DNA of 64,000 bases from Nageia nagi (taxonomy: Eukaryota; Plantae; Pinophyta), in contig JBITNC010000002.1 in the NCBI GenBank assembly GCA_050084985.1, forward strand, positions 33,666,001 to 33,730,000, given 5' to 3'. Below the pieces are notes generated by a model. It saw nothing but the letters and a program-made list of their open reading frames with translations. It ran no database searches and was not told the DNA's origin. Shown one piece after another: positions 26,646 to 41,047 of the stretch (the first letter of the stretch is position 1; the number at the start of each line of letters is the position of its first letter). Made by a program: the position numbers and the translations under genes.

Positions 26646-28944
26646 AAGCAAGGGAAGGATTTTAAAAGGTAGGAATAACAAGTGATGAACAACTACGATA
26701 GATTTCTCTTCTACTATATATAATCACTAATCATTACATAAATGATGTACAACATAGTGTGAAACACTTTAAACAATTATTACAATCAAATGGCCAAGTT
26801 AGGTTTATATTAGTTTGAGATATTAAAATTTCATGTCTTATGTTACAACATATAAAAACTTTCTTCCAAGTCAGTAGTTTGGTGTTGCAAAGATCACTTT
26901 GTGCTAATTACAATATTCCAATAGACTTAGGATATTATACCTATTATATTTTACTCGTAATATTATTTCAATCCTAGGAATGCATCCATCTAGTACAATT
27001 TATATGATATCATATTTTACTTATAATCTTATGGGATCTTGTGTGTTTTATTTATAATATGCACATTATGGATTATTATGATTCAAATTAGTATTATTTC
27101 CAAGAGAAAAATTATCACTTGTACTTAATATGTGGGATTTACCATTCACGAATGTTTTGAAACTTTTTTCATATTTAAAGGATTAGATTTTGGACAACAA
27201 GAAGGTAATATAGTTTTATACAATACAATGTTTTATATTTGGTTTTACTTTGGTAAATATTTTATATTTTTGGATAAAATAAAGTTCAATACAATTATCC
27301 TAACCACATCCTTTATTGTATCTATCAAGTTGATCTTGTTTATCGTATTGTTGCATTGCTTCTACAGATACATTATTAGCAACTTGTATCCATTCTTGCA
27401 ACTAGATCTTTCTTAATTGCTCTTCATGGAATTATCCCCAATAGAGTGAAGGTGCTTTCATATTTCTATATACTATACTTTTTTATATCCAAGTTTACTT
27501 TTATTTTACTTAAAATAACTTTAATTTCCTTTAAAGGTTCACCTCAAGGTAATGATTTATATTTGTATTCCACTTAATTTCATAGTTTGGGAAGTTAATG
27601 AAAATTCTCAAATCATATATTTTATTTGATATTTTTGCTTTTTGTTATTTGGATACATTATTTAAGGGAACCATAAGCCTTTGATTTCATTCTTGTAGCA
27701 ATTACTTGCAATGAGGTTTAATGCTCCATTCAAGGATGTGTCATTGAAGCTAATGTACATTCATGTAAAACTTTCTAAAATAATGAATGACACAACCAAA
27801 TCTAATAATAAGGAATAAAATAAATAGAAAACATTTCATAGAATACAAGTTAAAGAATAAGTTTTAGCAAATCATAGGTAGTCATTTTAAGAATATTTGA
27901 TGACTCATGTTATTGTAAGATTGGAGTGTATATAACACTATAGGTTTTAATTTTGCAGAAAAGGAAATGTGTGATAGTTTTACAAGTGGTAGGTGAGAAA
28001 TATTGTAAACATATTTCTCAAGGTATTTAGTTTCATTAATTTATGATAAAATGAATGTATTTTGAAGGATGCACACTTGTTGGAGCAAATCCATGTTTGT
28101 TACTAATAGTCTACATGTTACATCTAGGTTTGGTTCAATAGATAATATTATATCTTTGAGGAATACATGGAAACTACATACATTCAAAAAATATGTAGCT
28201 ACATATGTATAAATCTTTACTAGTAAGTAATTATATTTGGTATTTTAGTTTTTTCCTTATGTGATTATATTTTCAACTATCTCATCATAATTACATGGTA
28301 TGCATAGGTAGTGTGTTGTATCAACCTCTTTTGTTAGAGTATATGAGCATAATATTATCACGTAGGGTTCAAAATCAAACTATAGGCAAGTATTTCCTTC
28401 CAATATACTCCTTGTTATGGTAACTATCATGGATAATGAAAATTGACAAATGTTTTAATGTTTCTAAATAAACATGTGAACAATGCATTATCTTGAGGCA
28501 TTTAATTTATCTATCTATTCTTAATTTACCTTTTCATATCATAACTTGGTTCTTAACTTTTATATTTTCAATAGCTTCTAGTTTTTGCAAGAAAAATATG
28601 TCAATCACAAAGTATTATATTGTTACCTGGTACAATAAGTGTAAGTTGAATATTATTTCTTTACAAACCACATAAAGACACTACTTGACATCTTGATTTG
28701 AAGGAGGATTGTGTAACATCTAATGCTTTGAAGGTAGTATTAATGATTGGATATGATTCAATTCACCCTTGGATGTAAATTGCATATTGGTATATTATAT
28801 TATTAAATATTGAATCATGATTAATTTGCAATATTTATTTCAAAAATGTTTATTATGAAGATATATCTTAGGGTTCTTTTTATACATGTAACACCTATTG
28901 TGTTCATGGTTGGACCTGTTGTGCCTATAAATTTCAAATGGAGT

Positions 28945-28978
28945 TATATATATGTATATATATATATATATATATATA
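28945..28978. repeat. (TA)n microsatellite
   Basis: tatatatatgtatatatatatatatatatata read directly. Confidence 0.9.
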
Positions 28979-31900
28979 GTGACTAACAAGTTTTTGTTTT
29001 ATAGGTTGGGATGGCACTTTGATTTAAGGAAATTTAGGCAAAGTGAATATATTTGGGTGAAAATAAGATTGCCATTTTATTTGCATTCATGTCAATTGGA
29101 TGGCCATTGATAATATATAAGATAAGATTCTTAAAGTGGATCAAGTTTTGGTTGATGCCATGGCTTGGGTATCATTTATAAGCAATGGTTATCTTATGGT
29201 TGTCTTGTTTAATGAGAAACTATTTTTGTAACATAATTTATTAGGGATTATTTTGATGCAGGGATAACAATATCCTTTATTTTCATTATTATTAAAGAAA
29301 AAATGATGTGTTCATTCTAGAAAATATTATTACATATTTTGTCACCTTATTTTATTCCACCTATTGGTATAAACATGAGTTAATAACTCTTATAGTTTCC
29401 TTATAATTTTCTTCCTTTGTGACCAGTGTATTTGAGCACTTTTACATCAATGGTTCATCATATTGCACCCCATATACCTTTTAAATCTTTAAAAAATTGG
29501 AATGTAATTGAGGCTTAGCTAGGTGGTACAACTTATTATGACTATCCTAATTGGTAATGAATGTTTTTTAATTTTTAATTTTTCTTATGATTTTTATTTT
29601 ATTTTTAGTGATTTTTTTTATAATACTTGGGTTTATATACACATAACAACCCACTTTTTTTGTATGTAATGGTTGAAAGAATTGTATATAACCTGGATGC
29701 TTCAATGCTAAACTCAATTTCAAAATGTATTTGTGTGAGCATTATTCTAGGAAAATCATAAAGTGTATTACAATAGGCTTCTTCTCAAACTACATAATTT
29801 TTTGAAAGCCCTCATTCAAGAAAATAATTTAATAGTTACCTCCTAACATAATATATCTTGTCTACAATCATCATCTAATTCAATATGTGTATAACTACAC
29901 AATCAATTAGTTCTTACTCTTCACATGCTTATTTTATTATGGATTATATAGATGTGCAACTTGTTTCTTCATGACATTTTTATATAAGTACAAAACCCTC
30001 GAGTTATACTTCTTAGATTGTATGGAGTACAACTGTGATTCCTAATCTCATCCCCAATTGTAGCCTTGAAGTTGAAAGTAGAAGTGTTATAATCTCTTAA
30101 TATTTTTGAATAAGAAGGAAACATAGATACATAAGGAGCAATCATCAATAAGTAGAAAATAATTAGTGGGTACATTTGATTGAAGGGGCTAACATTGAAT
30201 TATGGATCAAGCCAAGGACTAGTTCATATTACTTCGATTAGATATTTTCAACCTTACTTATGTGTTTCTTTCAAATAACAATTAGAAAAATAATTTTTCA
30301 AGCAATAAACAACCACAAATATTCAAAGAAAAATTCCACCCATTTTTTCAATATATTTTGTGACAATTTTGTTTGTATTTTTCTTTTCCTTCACAATGTA
30401 AATTTATGATATTTTTGTGCATCAAGCTTGATATTCAAAATTCATGTGATGTAGTTGAATTCATAATAATTTCTTTTCTTTCATTGATATTGTAGGAAGA
30501 TTCATCCCCAATATGAATGATTCTATATTTACAAGATTATTCAAGCACTAGGAATGTATTTGAATTTCTTTGCATGAGATTATTTTTATAATTTATATAC
30601 CAACTATACTTTTTGTATGGATTATATATAATTGGTTATACAAGCATAATCTCATTGTTATTAATTACATCATTGTTTTGATGTTGCTTACTCACAAGAC
30701 TATCTTTTTTATTTCCTATAGACTTTGGTGAGTTCATGTTAGGATATACTATATAAAATATAGTTGAGAAATTCAACTTATAATATAAATTATAAAAGTA
30801 TAATCAAGACAACACACATAAACAGGAGAAGCAAATATATAACATGGTTCTACTAGTGTGGGCTATGTCCGTGAAGAAGTATTCAATCCTTAGTATTATA
30901 TCAGTCCAAGCCACAAAGGGAGCAAACTTATAACCACATTGTTGTACTTTCCTCTTCAATTTTATTTTCTCTCAATATCTCACAATAACCTCTCTTACAA
31001 ATTTACTCCTTGAAATCCCCTATTTTTCACTTTCTCTTCTTATTCTTCTTCTTTACTAGAGGGATTTACAATATATAGAAAATATAATTACATGCAACCA
31101 TAATTTATCACATTTAATGTTATCAAAGGTAAAGTTTGAAGACTTAAAATAGAAAATGTTTTCCTCTGATATGCAATTGATCACCATCAAACCAACTGGG
31201 TTTTTAGGTTTATTACTATTGTATCAATTAGAGATGATCAATCCAGTCTATCATTAGTTGATCGATTGACTCTATTTGTTAGAGTTATGCATACCTATTA
31301 CAAAATAGAGAGGTATTATTTATATGTAATCAAAAAATCAAGCTTTGAAATCAATAATCTCCCACTTGGATACTAATTCATCGAAACTCCTCCAATATTG
31401 GAATGAATGCTTTTCACCTTGATATTCATAATTCAAGATTAATTAAAATTGAGAAAAAGTACAATTTATCCCTCGTTACCACCTTTGTTAACATATTTAT
31501 AAGATTATAGCTAGTATGTATATTTCCCTACTTCAATTGTCCATCCTTCAACATAGATCATATGAAGTAAAAGCTAAGCTTAATGTGCTTCATTCTTGAA
31601 TGAACACTTGATTTCTTTGCAAGATGAGTAGCACTCTGACTATAACTCCATAATTTTTTATCTTCCTTCTCCTTTTCTAATTACTTCATCAATATTTGTA
31701 AATAAATAACGTCCTTGCTAACTTTTGTAGCAACTAAACACTCTATCTTTGTTGTTGAAAGTGCAACAACCTAATGTAGATTTGAAATCTAGCCAATTGT
31801 TGTGTCACCTACAATAAAAATATAACCTTTGGTGCTTCTCCCACCATTAATATCTCTTAATATATTTGAATCAACATATCCTTGCAAATCAATGTTATAA

Positions 31901-32736
31901 CCTACAAAATACAAAGCATGAGTGTTTGTACCTCTCAAATATTTTAGAATCCACTTCACTTCTTCCTAATGTTGTTCACCTAAATGTTTCATAAACCTTC
32001 TTACAACTCCCACTGCATATACAATTTTTGGTCTTGTACAAACCATTGGATACATCAAAATACTACAAATACATAAGGAATGTTTTCCATTTGATCTATT
32101 TACACCTATGTCTTGGGACACATATCCTTGGTTAGTTTGAAGTGTTTGGCTAAATTTGTACTTATTAGTATTTCATCCTTCATATTAGACCTCTTCAACA
32201 CTTTATCAATGTACTCACTTTGAGGCAACATTAGCTTATGATATTTTAATTTCTTATAATTCTCATGCCAAGGATTTTCTTTGCTTCACCCAAATCCTTC
32301 ATTATAAAAGAACTTTCCAATTTTCATTTGAGTACATCAATATCCTACATGTTAGATCCTACAATAAGTATATCATCTACAAAATAACAAGAAAATATAA
32401 TTACCATTATCTATTTTATTTAAGAAAACATAATGGTTTGAATGAAATATAATATATCCTTTTTTCATTATAAAACCATTAAATTTTAGATACCATTTCC
32501 TTAAAGCTTTCTTGAGGCCATATAACTTGTTATGTAACTTGCAACTGAGCTTCTCCTTACCCTTGACTTCATACACTTTTGGATGATGTATTTAGATTTT
32601 CTTTTCCAAATAAACATGGATAAAAGTTATCTTTACATATAATTACTTAAAATGTAAGTCCTATACTACCACTATACTCAATATAGTCCTAATTGAAGTG
32701 ATCTTAACAACCAAATAAAATATCTCTTCAAATTCT

Positions 32737-34531
32737 TATTGATTGGTATAATGTAAACTCAAAGGGTTTGGTCTGGTTGAGTTATCCATTTCTTGTAATA
32801 GTAGGTTCCTTGAAAGAGTATAAGGTGGTGGGAATGCACTTGTGTTGGTTTTCTACTCAATCTCTAGGTTATAGGTCAGTTCCTATCTATTGTAAAGGTT
32901 TAAAGTAATAGGAAAGAGATAAAAAGGTAGAGAGTTACTAGAAAAATATGAATACATTAAACTAAAATTTAAACAAGAACTATACAACCCGAGAATTGTA
33001 GCATAAATAGCAATTCATAGCCAAGATTAAGAATAGCAAGCTATCTTACCCTTAGGATCTTACAATCACAATACATAGCCACAACTTAAGACAACATCCC
33101 ATACATAACATTCACAAAAATTAATTAACAACCACTTTTTATAAAAGTGAAAAGCATTATCTATTTGCATTATCATATATAAAAGCATCTTACATACCTA
33201 GGAAAATTTGCTATAATGTTCGACCCTATTGATTTCTAACAGTCCACCATTTATACATTTACATGGCCCCTTGGGTCATTGTCTATCGTCATTATACATA
33301 ATTACTCATCTTAGTTGAAGCTAATGAAGAAAACTATTTACAATAAATATTACAACTATGTTAGATTACTCAATGAATAAGTATAAACAGCATGACCATC
33401 TGGGAATTTGTAATTTCTGAGAAATTGTATCCATTGAGCTGCAATCTTCTTGACATGTCATTGATTGCTCCTTTTTTGGATTTGTAGTTGATTGAATATG
33501 GTTTTGTAGCTGATTGAAGAAGTACTCATCTATAATTTGATAGGTACAATTTGGCACTATGTTTTATCGATAGCTATCTACTTCTGTGCAACCATTGATG
33601 ATCCATACTATAGTTCTAATTGAATAGAGTTATGGGGACCATGAACAATATATCAACTTATTTCAAGAATAAATTACCATTGTTATGTGAAAATGAGTTG
33701 AATTTAATATATTAACAGGGCCTCAAATGTAAAACACTTAATATTAAGTGGACCTAGGTATTACTTCTTACCCAAATATTCTTCCCTTAGTCTAACAGGT
33801 TCTATTTCTTTTCATCGAGCTTTGTTGATGATCTTAATCTTCTTAGTACCCATTGATTTTTGCCAAAGGTTCTAACATCATTACTCAAAATTGATGGGCT
33901 CTATTTGGTATCTTCATGAAATATCACCCACCATTACTTATTTCAATACCTACTAATTTTAGCCAAAGGTTCTAACATCATCACTCAAACTTGGTAGGCT
34001 CTATTTGGTATCTTCATGAAATATCACCTACCATTACTTATTTTGAGACCTATTGATTTTTCATAAAAATGATGAAGTCACTATTGAAAATCAGTGAGTG
34101 ATGTTTACTTGTGGGAATCTCCCTCTAAGTATTTGGACATAACTTGGACTTATATTTACAATAATTCTCCAACATTGTATTTACAAAAACTCCCAGATAC
34201 TGTATTTACAATAACTCTTAGATACTAACTCTTTTATACATACAGTTTCCAACCTTTTTGATTGCTAACATGACTAAAGTTTATCCTCATGAGTTATTGC
34301 AACACCCGCTAGATTTTGACTAGAAATTTATAAGGTAAATATCTAATACTAAGGCTTATATATACAATAGTTGGATATTGACAACACCCAAAACTCTTTA
34401 GAATCAATTCAAATAAAAGATTAAATACATGTGAATGTAAAATAGAAAAGGGAGTAGGGATTAGGGAGAATTTCTTGAAACAAATGAAAGAATAATAGAA
34501 TAATAGTATATTACCTTATACTCAAAGTGCA
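32737..34531. mobile_element. 1.8-kb solo LTR inserted in the RT of element E
   Basis: TSD ATTCT at 32732-32736 and 34532-34536; termini TA(decayed TG)...CA; non-coding. Removing it rejoins the RT frame GGS-EFEEIF. Confidence 0.8.
33849..34061. repeat. 100-bp tandem repeat, about 2 copies, inside the solo LTR
   Basis: gccaaaggttctaacatca starts at 33862 and 33962. A separate ~25-bp unit (tatttacaa...) occurs 3 times at 34153-34226. Confidence 0.9.
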
Positions 34532-35909
34532 ATTCTGAACCTCCAAATTCTTCCTTCACCCCATATACCCACTTGTTTTGCAAAGATCTCTTTCTTGCAA
34601 GAAACTCAACCAAATACCAAGTTTGGTTTTGCACCAAGGAGTCCATCTCCTCATCCATGCTAGGTCCCACTTTTTCTTGATTTCCATTTGTATTTATTAT
34701 TCAAATTTTTTTGGCTCACTAGCATCTATCTACAAAAATTAATATAGGGTAGGGAAATAATGATCAAGGGCTCTATTTACCCTTATAGATCTTCTAACAT
34801 CAATTATTAGAGTTTGAGGTTCTTGATGTTGAATATTTCCATGCACCTTTGTCCACATCTATCTCATCAAGTACTATGTACTTTGATTCATCCTTCTTTT
34901 CTTCCAACTTATATTTATACATAGCCTTTTAATTGAATACCACATCCCTACTCCTAATGATATTATGATTTTATAATCCTAAAAACTATAGCTTGAATCA
35001 TCCACTCTATATCTATTGAAAATACACTTATTATATTTTACATAAAACTTCTTTATATTTTCCTTATTTATATGAAAAAAAAGCTTCACACCCAAAAATT
35101 TAAGAAAGGAATAATTATGTAGTTTTACCTATCCAAGCCTCTTCTGGAATACTTCCATATAGTGCACTTTAAGGTCCCCTATTTATGAAATAAACAATGG
35201 CATCAACAACATAAATCCAAAATTGTAAAGGTAACCCTACATGTAATCTCATACATCTTGCACACTTCATAATAGTCATATTTCTATATATACTATTGGA
35301 TACTTTTTTGGCATATCACACTCATAATCTATAATATCCTAACTTGCATTTTTGAAGTCATGCTTAGTAAGATTTATGGAGTCTTTTACTTCCAACTCTT
35401 TTTTGACCCATTCGTCCTTCTCTAAATGCTCCTATCCTTTTATAATTGGATACATATTTTCATTCCAATTATAACAATATATAACATTTCTATATTTTAT
35501 TAATAAAAAACCAAGTTCTAGTCACTCAAAGTGAGCCTAGTAAACTATTCTAACTCTGTGTCAGGCCACAAAAATCTATTTGTTGATGTCATCACCTTAT
35601 AGCACCTAGAGTTGCATCTTTTATCTCCTTCCCAAGCCTAACACTTGGTGTTCTAATGTTGGCACCTTTCAATCCCTAGTAAACATATATGTTACATCAT
35701 TTTTTACTTAGGAAAGCTATTTTGTAACTTGGAAGACTTATGCATATCATAGAATGCTATGTTTATGACATAGAACTTCAAATTAACATTCCTAAATATT
35801 CATAACTTTGTATGAGATGTGTAAGTACTAGTTGGAAGGGTATTATTGAGATCATTCCAATCATAATGAAAAATCAATGCTTATTATAAGTTGATTTTAT
35901 ATTACATCC

Positions 35910-36410
35910 TAATAAAATTAATACTAAAGACCCAATTCCTACATGTCTAAGATTATATGAAAGCTCTCTTAAACATAAATACTCAAAACATAAACAATAT
36001 CACAAATTGACACAAGATATAAGTGATTTCTCCAACCATGGGAGTACATCCACTAACTAAGATTTTTCTCATTCACAAAGATAACTTTCTTACAAGACCT
36101 CTTTCTTCCTCTCCTAACACTAATCCTATAACATAACTTTGCTTCAACTTTTTTGTGTGTAATCTCAAGGAGAGAGCCTTCTATTTATAGGTCAAAATCC
36201 TCACCTGGATCACCCTTTTAACCATTGTGCAAAAACATAATATGCTTCATACTTTTACCCAAGGGGAATGCTCATGATAAGGAGTGTAGGACAAGATACA
36301 TTATCATATTCACTTAAATACTTAAGGTATCTAGGGATACCTTAAAGTATTGGTGAATTTACAAGAAGAACCTTACAAAAATTTACAATAATGCATTATA
36401 CATTCCAACA
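35910..36410 (-). repeat. 3' LTR of element D
   Basis: Direct repeat of 43714-44197; adjacent PPT. Confidence 0.93.
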
Positions 36411-37194
36411 CTCCTCTTTAATGCAATATTGGGAAGAAGAAGAAAGACATAGTAAAAGAAATAGTTCTCCTCCATACAGATATAATCAGAAATGAAAACA
36501 TGTACATCTTTGAGAAGTAAGCAAAATCTTAGTTTGAGACTCACTACTTTACCATTATGACAAATGGTTTACAATATAATCATTAACCATAACTTATTTC
36601 AATGTATATAAAGTATTCATCCAACCAAAAGTTGACATGATGAGCCTACATACTTGGAGTAACCTACAATCTCAAGAATAACCCTACAAGCTATAAGAAG
36701 CTCAAAAAAATAAGAACAGTAAGATGCATCATATACATATTCATATCAATGAGGATAAATGAATCAAGTAATGCTATCCACAAACTAATCAATGATACAC
36801 TATAATTCATTACTAAGATGTCAAGTTAATACTCATATTCACCTTCTGTATACAAAACATGTGTTGATTATTATCATAAATAGAGCATAATCACATATTA
36901 GTTCCTCACACATGGATAACTGAACAATGATTAAGATACAAATGAGTTCCTCACATATGGATAATTTAATAGTGCAAAAAAATCCATCATAAGCATATAT
37001 GAGTTCCTCCCATATGGATAACTGAAAACTACTAATGATGGTCAATCATATGCTCAAGGTATATAAATAGTTTATCATTCAAGGAGGACTAGCTAAAAGG
37101 TAAACACACATATCAACACTATATAGCAAAAAATCCTCCTAAGGGTGAATTTTTCATCACAAATTTGAATTCAACATAAGAAATCAAACTTCAT

Positions 37195-40100
37195 TCTCCC
37201 TTGAGGGCAACTTCACTAACCCAATGGAACCCTTGAAATTGCAAAATTGAGCTTCAAGAAAGGGTTTAGTGAACAAATCATCAGAGTCCAAGGTGCATGG
37301 AAAATGGACTATAATGAATGTGTATGATGCCATCCAAAACCTTATCCCTAATTAAGTGTGTTTCAATTTCAATATGTTTCATACTTTAATGAAAAATAGG
37401 ACTCTTAGCCAAAGAAATAGTTGACTGATTATTTAACAAAAACTAAGATGGGTGAGATTGCTCATACCTAATTTCTTTCAGAAGATACATAAGCCAAATA
37501 TCTTCTTAGGCCACAATAAGCATTTCTTGATATTTGACTTCTATGGTGGAAAGAGAAATAGTAGGATGCTTCTTGGAAGCTACAGAGATAACACCTGAAC
37601 CAATGCTAAATACATATGCAAAGGTTGATTTCCTATCATATTTATCTCTCCATCAGTTAAAAGTAGAGAACCATAAGAGAAAAAATGAGGGTAAATTAGA
37701 ATACTTGAAAGCAAGATCCTTCATTCCCATAAGATATCTCAAGATTTACTTAATAGCATTGAGGTGCTCAACATATGGTTTTTACATACATTGTACCATC
37801 AAATTTACTACAAAGGAAATATTTGTCCTAGATATAGTCAAATACAATATACTACTAATTAATTTTCTATAAGAAGTAGCATCATCCAGCTAAGATTTGG
37901 AGCTAAGAGTCATAGTGATTCCAGAAGAGACTAGGATCATAGTAGGTTTGCATTCCTCCATTCTAAACTTCTATAAAATATTTAAGATATACTCATAATG
38001 ACTAAGGTATGTACAATCCTTGTATTGGTACACTCTCATACCAAGATAGTAGTACAAGAGACCAAGATCAATCATTTCATAAGTTTCTTTAAGTTTGAAT
38101 ATGCACTCTTGGATGATTTCATCATTATGCCTAGTGATCATAAGATCATCCACGTAAAGGAGAATCAATACCAATTCTTGTCCCTGATTGAGCACATATA
38201 GATCATAGTCAAAAAAGCACATGGAGAACTAAATATATTCAAAATAACTTGAAATATTCTTGTACCAAGCTTTGGGTGATTGTTTAATTTCATACAATGA
38301 TTTCTTTAGCTTATACACAAAGAACTCTTTTACTTCCACAACAAATCCTTATGGTTGATTCATATAGATCTCCACATCTAAGTCACCATTTAGAAACACA
38401 CTTTTTACATCAAGTTGAAAAAACTTCCAACCTTGACCTACTAAAAGAGAAAGGATTATCCTTATAGTTGGCATCTTTTCCATAGGAGCAAAGATTTCCT
38501 CATAATCAACTTCGTATTTCTGAGCAAAACCTTTGGCCACTAACCTTGCCTTGTATTTCTCAATATCTCCAACTGATTTGTACTTGAACTTGTAGATCCA
38601 CTTATTTTTAATCACATTCCTCTCTTTGGATAAGAAACGAAGTCTCAAGTTTTATTTTTCATAAATGCCTCATACTTAATTTTCATGGCTTCCATCTAGC
38701 ACTTATGCTTTGAAGCTTCCTTGAATGATGAGGGCTCATTTTTTATCAATTTTAGCAAATAAAGATTTTTTCAAGATCATACTTCTTGTTATCCAATTGG
38801 ATAATTTTTCTCTTAGGATGACTTATCTTCATTGATATCGAACTAGTTAGGTGCAATTGAAAAGTCACCTACATCATCAATGTCCTTATTAGAAGTATAT
38901 TCCTCAAGAAGTTCATTGAACTTTACATCCCCCAAGATGAACACTACTCTATAGGATGCAGAGTAAATATTGTATCCTATATGCTAATTGTTATAGCCCA
39001 CAAATATGCATTTTTTGAATCTCTTATCCAACTTCTTCCTTTTCTCGAAAATAATGTAGAAGAAGGCTTCATAGCCAAAAATCCTAAAGTGAGATATGTT
39101 AGGTTTCTTTCTTTTTCATGCCTCGAAAGGCATTTTTTCCTTAATGGATTTTATGGAATGCCTATTCAAAATGAAAATTATAGTGCTTACAGATTCACCC
39201 TACAAGAAACTAATAAGATTTCCCAACATGCATCTAACCATATTCAAAATTATCATTTTTTTCCTTTAACAACACCATTTTGTTGAGGGGTGTAAAGAAT
39301 AGTAAACTACCTCTTGATTTCATACTTAGAACAATAGTTATTAAACTCATTATTGTTATACTCAAATACATTATTTGATCTCAACATCTTGATTTTAAGG
39401 TCAATTTGATTTTCAACTAATGCCTTGAAATCTTTGAACTTGTCAAAGGTTTTATCTTTATGCTTAAGTAAATAATCAAATGTCATCCTACTAAAGTTGT
39501 TGATGAAGGTCAAGAGATAAAATGCTCTTTCAAAAGATTTAGTCTAAAATGGATCCATCAAATATGAATGTACAAGCTAGAGAGTTTGGTTTTCCCTTGT
39601 TGCCTTATATTTTTAAAATCTCTATCTATTCATATTTCCTAAGATGCACTTCTCACATAGACCAATTGTGGATGATATAAAAGATAAACCTTTCATAAGT
39701 TTTTTGTCTTTCATAACTTGAATACTTTTGTGGTTAAGGTACTCTAAATTTTGGTGACAAATATTTTTTCTAGAGCACACATTTGTAGCAAGGCATATCT
39801 TTGTTACACATTAATTCATAATGTAAATATCATCTTTCACTTATCCTTTCATCAAAGTGGCAAGTACCGAGTGTGAGTTGAACTCAAATAAGTATCCTTT
39901 ATTTATAACATGAATTACAAAAATTAAGTTCATATTTAGCTTAGGTACATAGAGTACATTTTTAATAACTTTTCCATGAATCATTAGACTTACAATCCCT
40001 TGTACTTCAAGGATTGAATTATCATCTATCACAATTGCATCCTTTTTATGCTTATGAAAATTTTTAAACTTATTTTTTTCAAAGCACATGTGATTAGTGC

Positions 40101-41047
40101 ATCCAAATTCAATAATCCAATCAATCATAAAAGTGTGATACATGGAATAAAGATTACAAACAAAACCAATCTTAATATTTTTCTTCCCTTGAAGTTCATC
40201 ACATTTCCATTTCCCTTGTTCTTTTCTTCTTGTAGCAAACAAATTATTTGTGACCATAGCCACCATAAAAGTTATAATTACCATTAAATTTTGCCTTGGG
40301 ATTTGGTTTATTTGCCTTGCCCTTTCCATCTCTTTTTTTACATTTGTTATTGTCCTTCTTTTTAAACTTCTTGGAGGTAGCAAGAAAAGACTTCTTATGA
40401 TGCTTGAACTTCTTCTTGAAAGGAGTTTTGGTTGTTTCTAAAGTAACGTTGTTGTACTTTGGAGAAGAGATTAACACCTTTTTGTTAAGAGTTTTCTCAT
40501 GCTTTAGAAGGAGCCTTGAAAGGTTCTTGAGAGAGAAGACTTATTCTTCATCATCAAGCCCAATATCAATAACTATCATAAAGTTACTAAACTTTGAATA
40601 ATGATGAATACCATGAACTTCTCATTCATCCAATTATAGCCACAACTAGCAAGTTGGATCCTAATGTCAATGATCTTGTTCAAATAGATGAAAACATTTT
40701 CATCTTCCCTTTGATGATATTGAAGTATCTTTTGGAGAATGGTGAACATTCTTAAAAATTTGGACCATGGTAAGATTTTCTTTACCTATTCCATGCTTCC
40801 TTTAATGAATTTGAAAGAGGATATCATGACCAACACTTTGTCTAACACTACATAGAAAATCATAGAGGTTGATAGCTCATTCTTATAGTTATAAGCCTCG
40901 AGTGCCTTCTCTTCTATAGGACCAACTAGGTTTTCATTTACTGTTTTTCATATTTTTACATGCTTAGAGCTCTACTTTCATCATAGGTTCCCAAATACCA
41001 TAGTTAGAACCATCTAGGATGTGCTTGGGTGTAAAGGAGTCTCCCAT
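37195..41047 (-). pseudogene. gag-pol of element D, with stops and frameshifts
   Basis: Starts MGDSFTPKHILDGSNYGIW at 41047. ORFs 40244-40477 (gag knuckle), 39841-40383 (protease WIIEFGCTNHM), 39307-39513 (integrase), 38349-38648 and 37971-38222 (RT, LYVDDL). Confidence 0.93.

Larger units (their letters stand above)
30737..35285 (-). mobile_element. 5'-truncated Ty1/copia element E (Tork/Angela-like lineage), split by a solo LTR
   Basis: 3' LTR about 30737-31356 (left edge approximate), PPT tccaagtgggagat at 31357-31370. RNase H 31440-31880. RT with KLYGLKKALRKWYLKF and MDEEMDSLVQNQTW...NKWVY. Integrase ARCMRLHVGLPLQFW to about 35285. Confidence 0.88.

Noticed and set aside
35905-35909. TSD for element D (CATCC versus CAACT at 44198-44202)
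   Set aside because: Only 3 of 5 positions match, so it is not used as evidence; D is defined by its LTRs, PBS and PPT.
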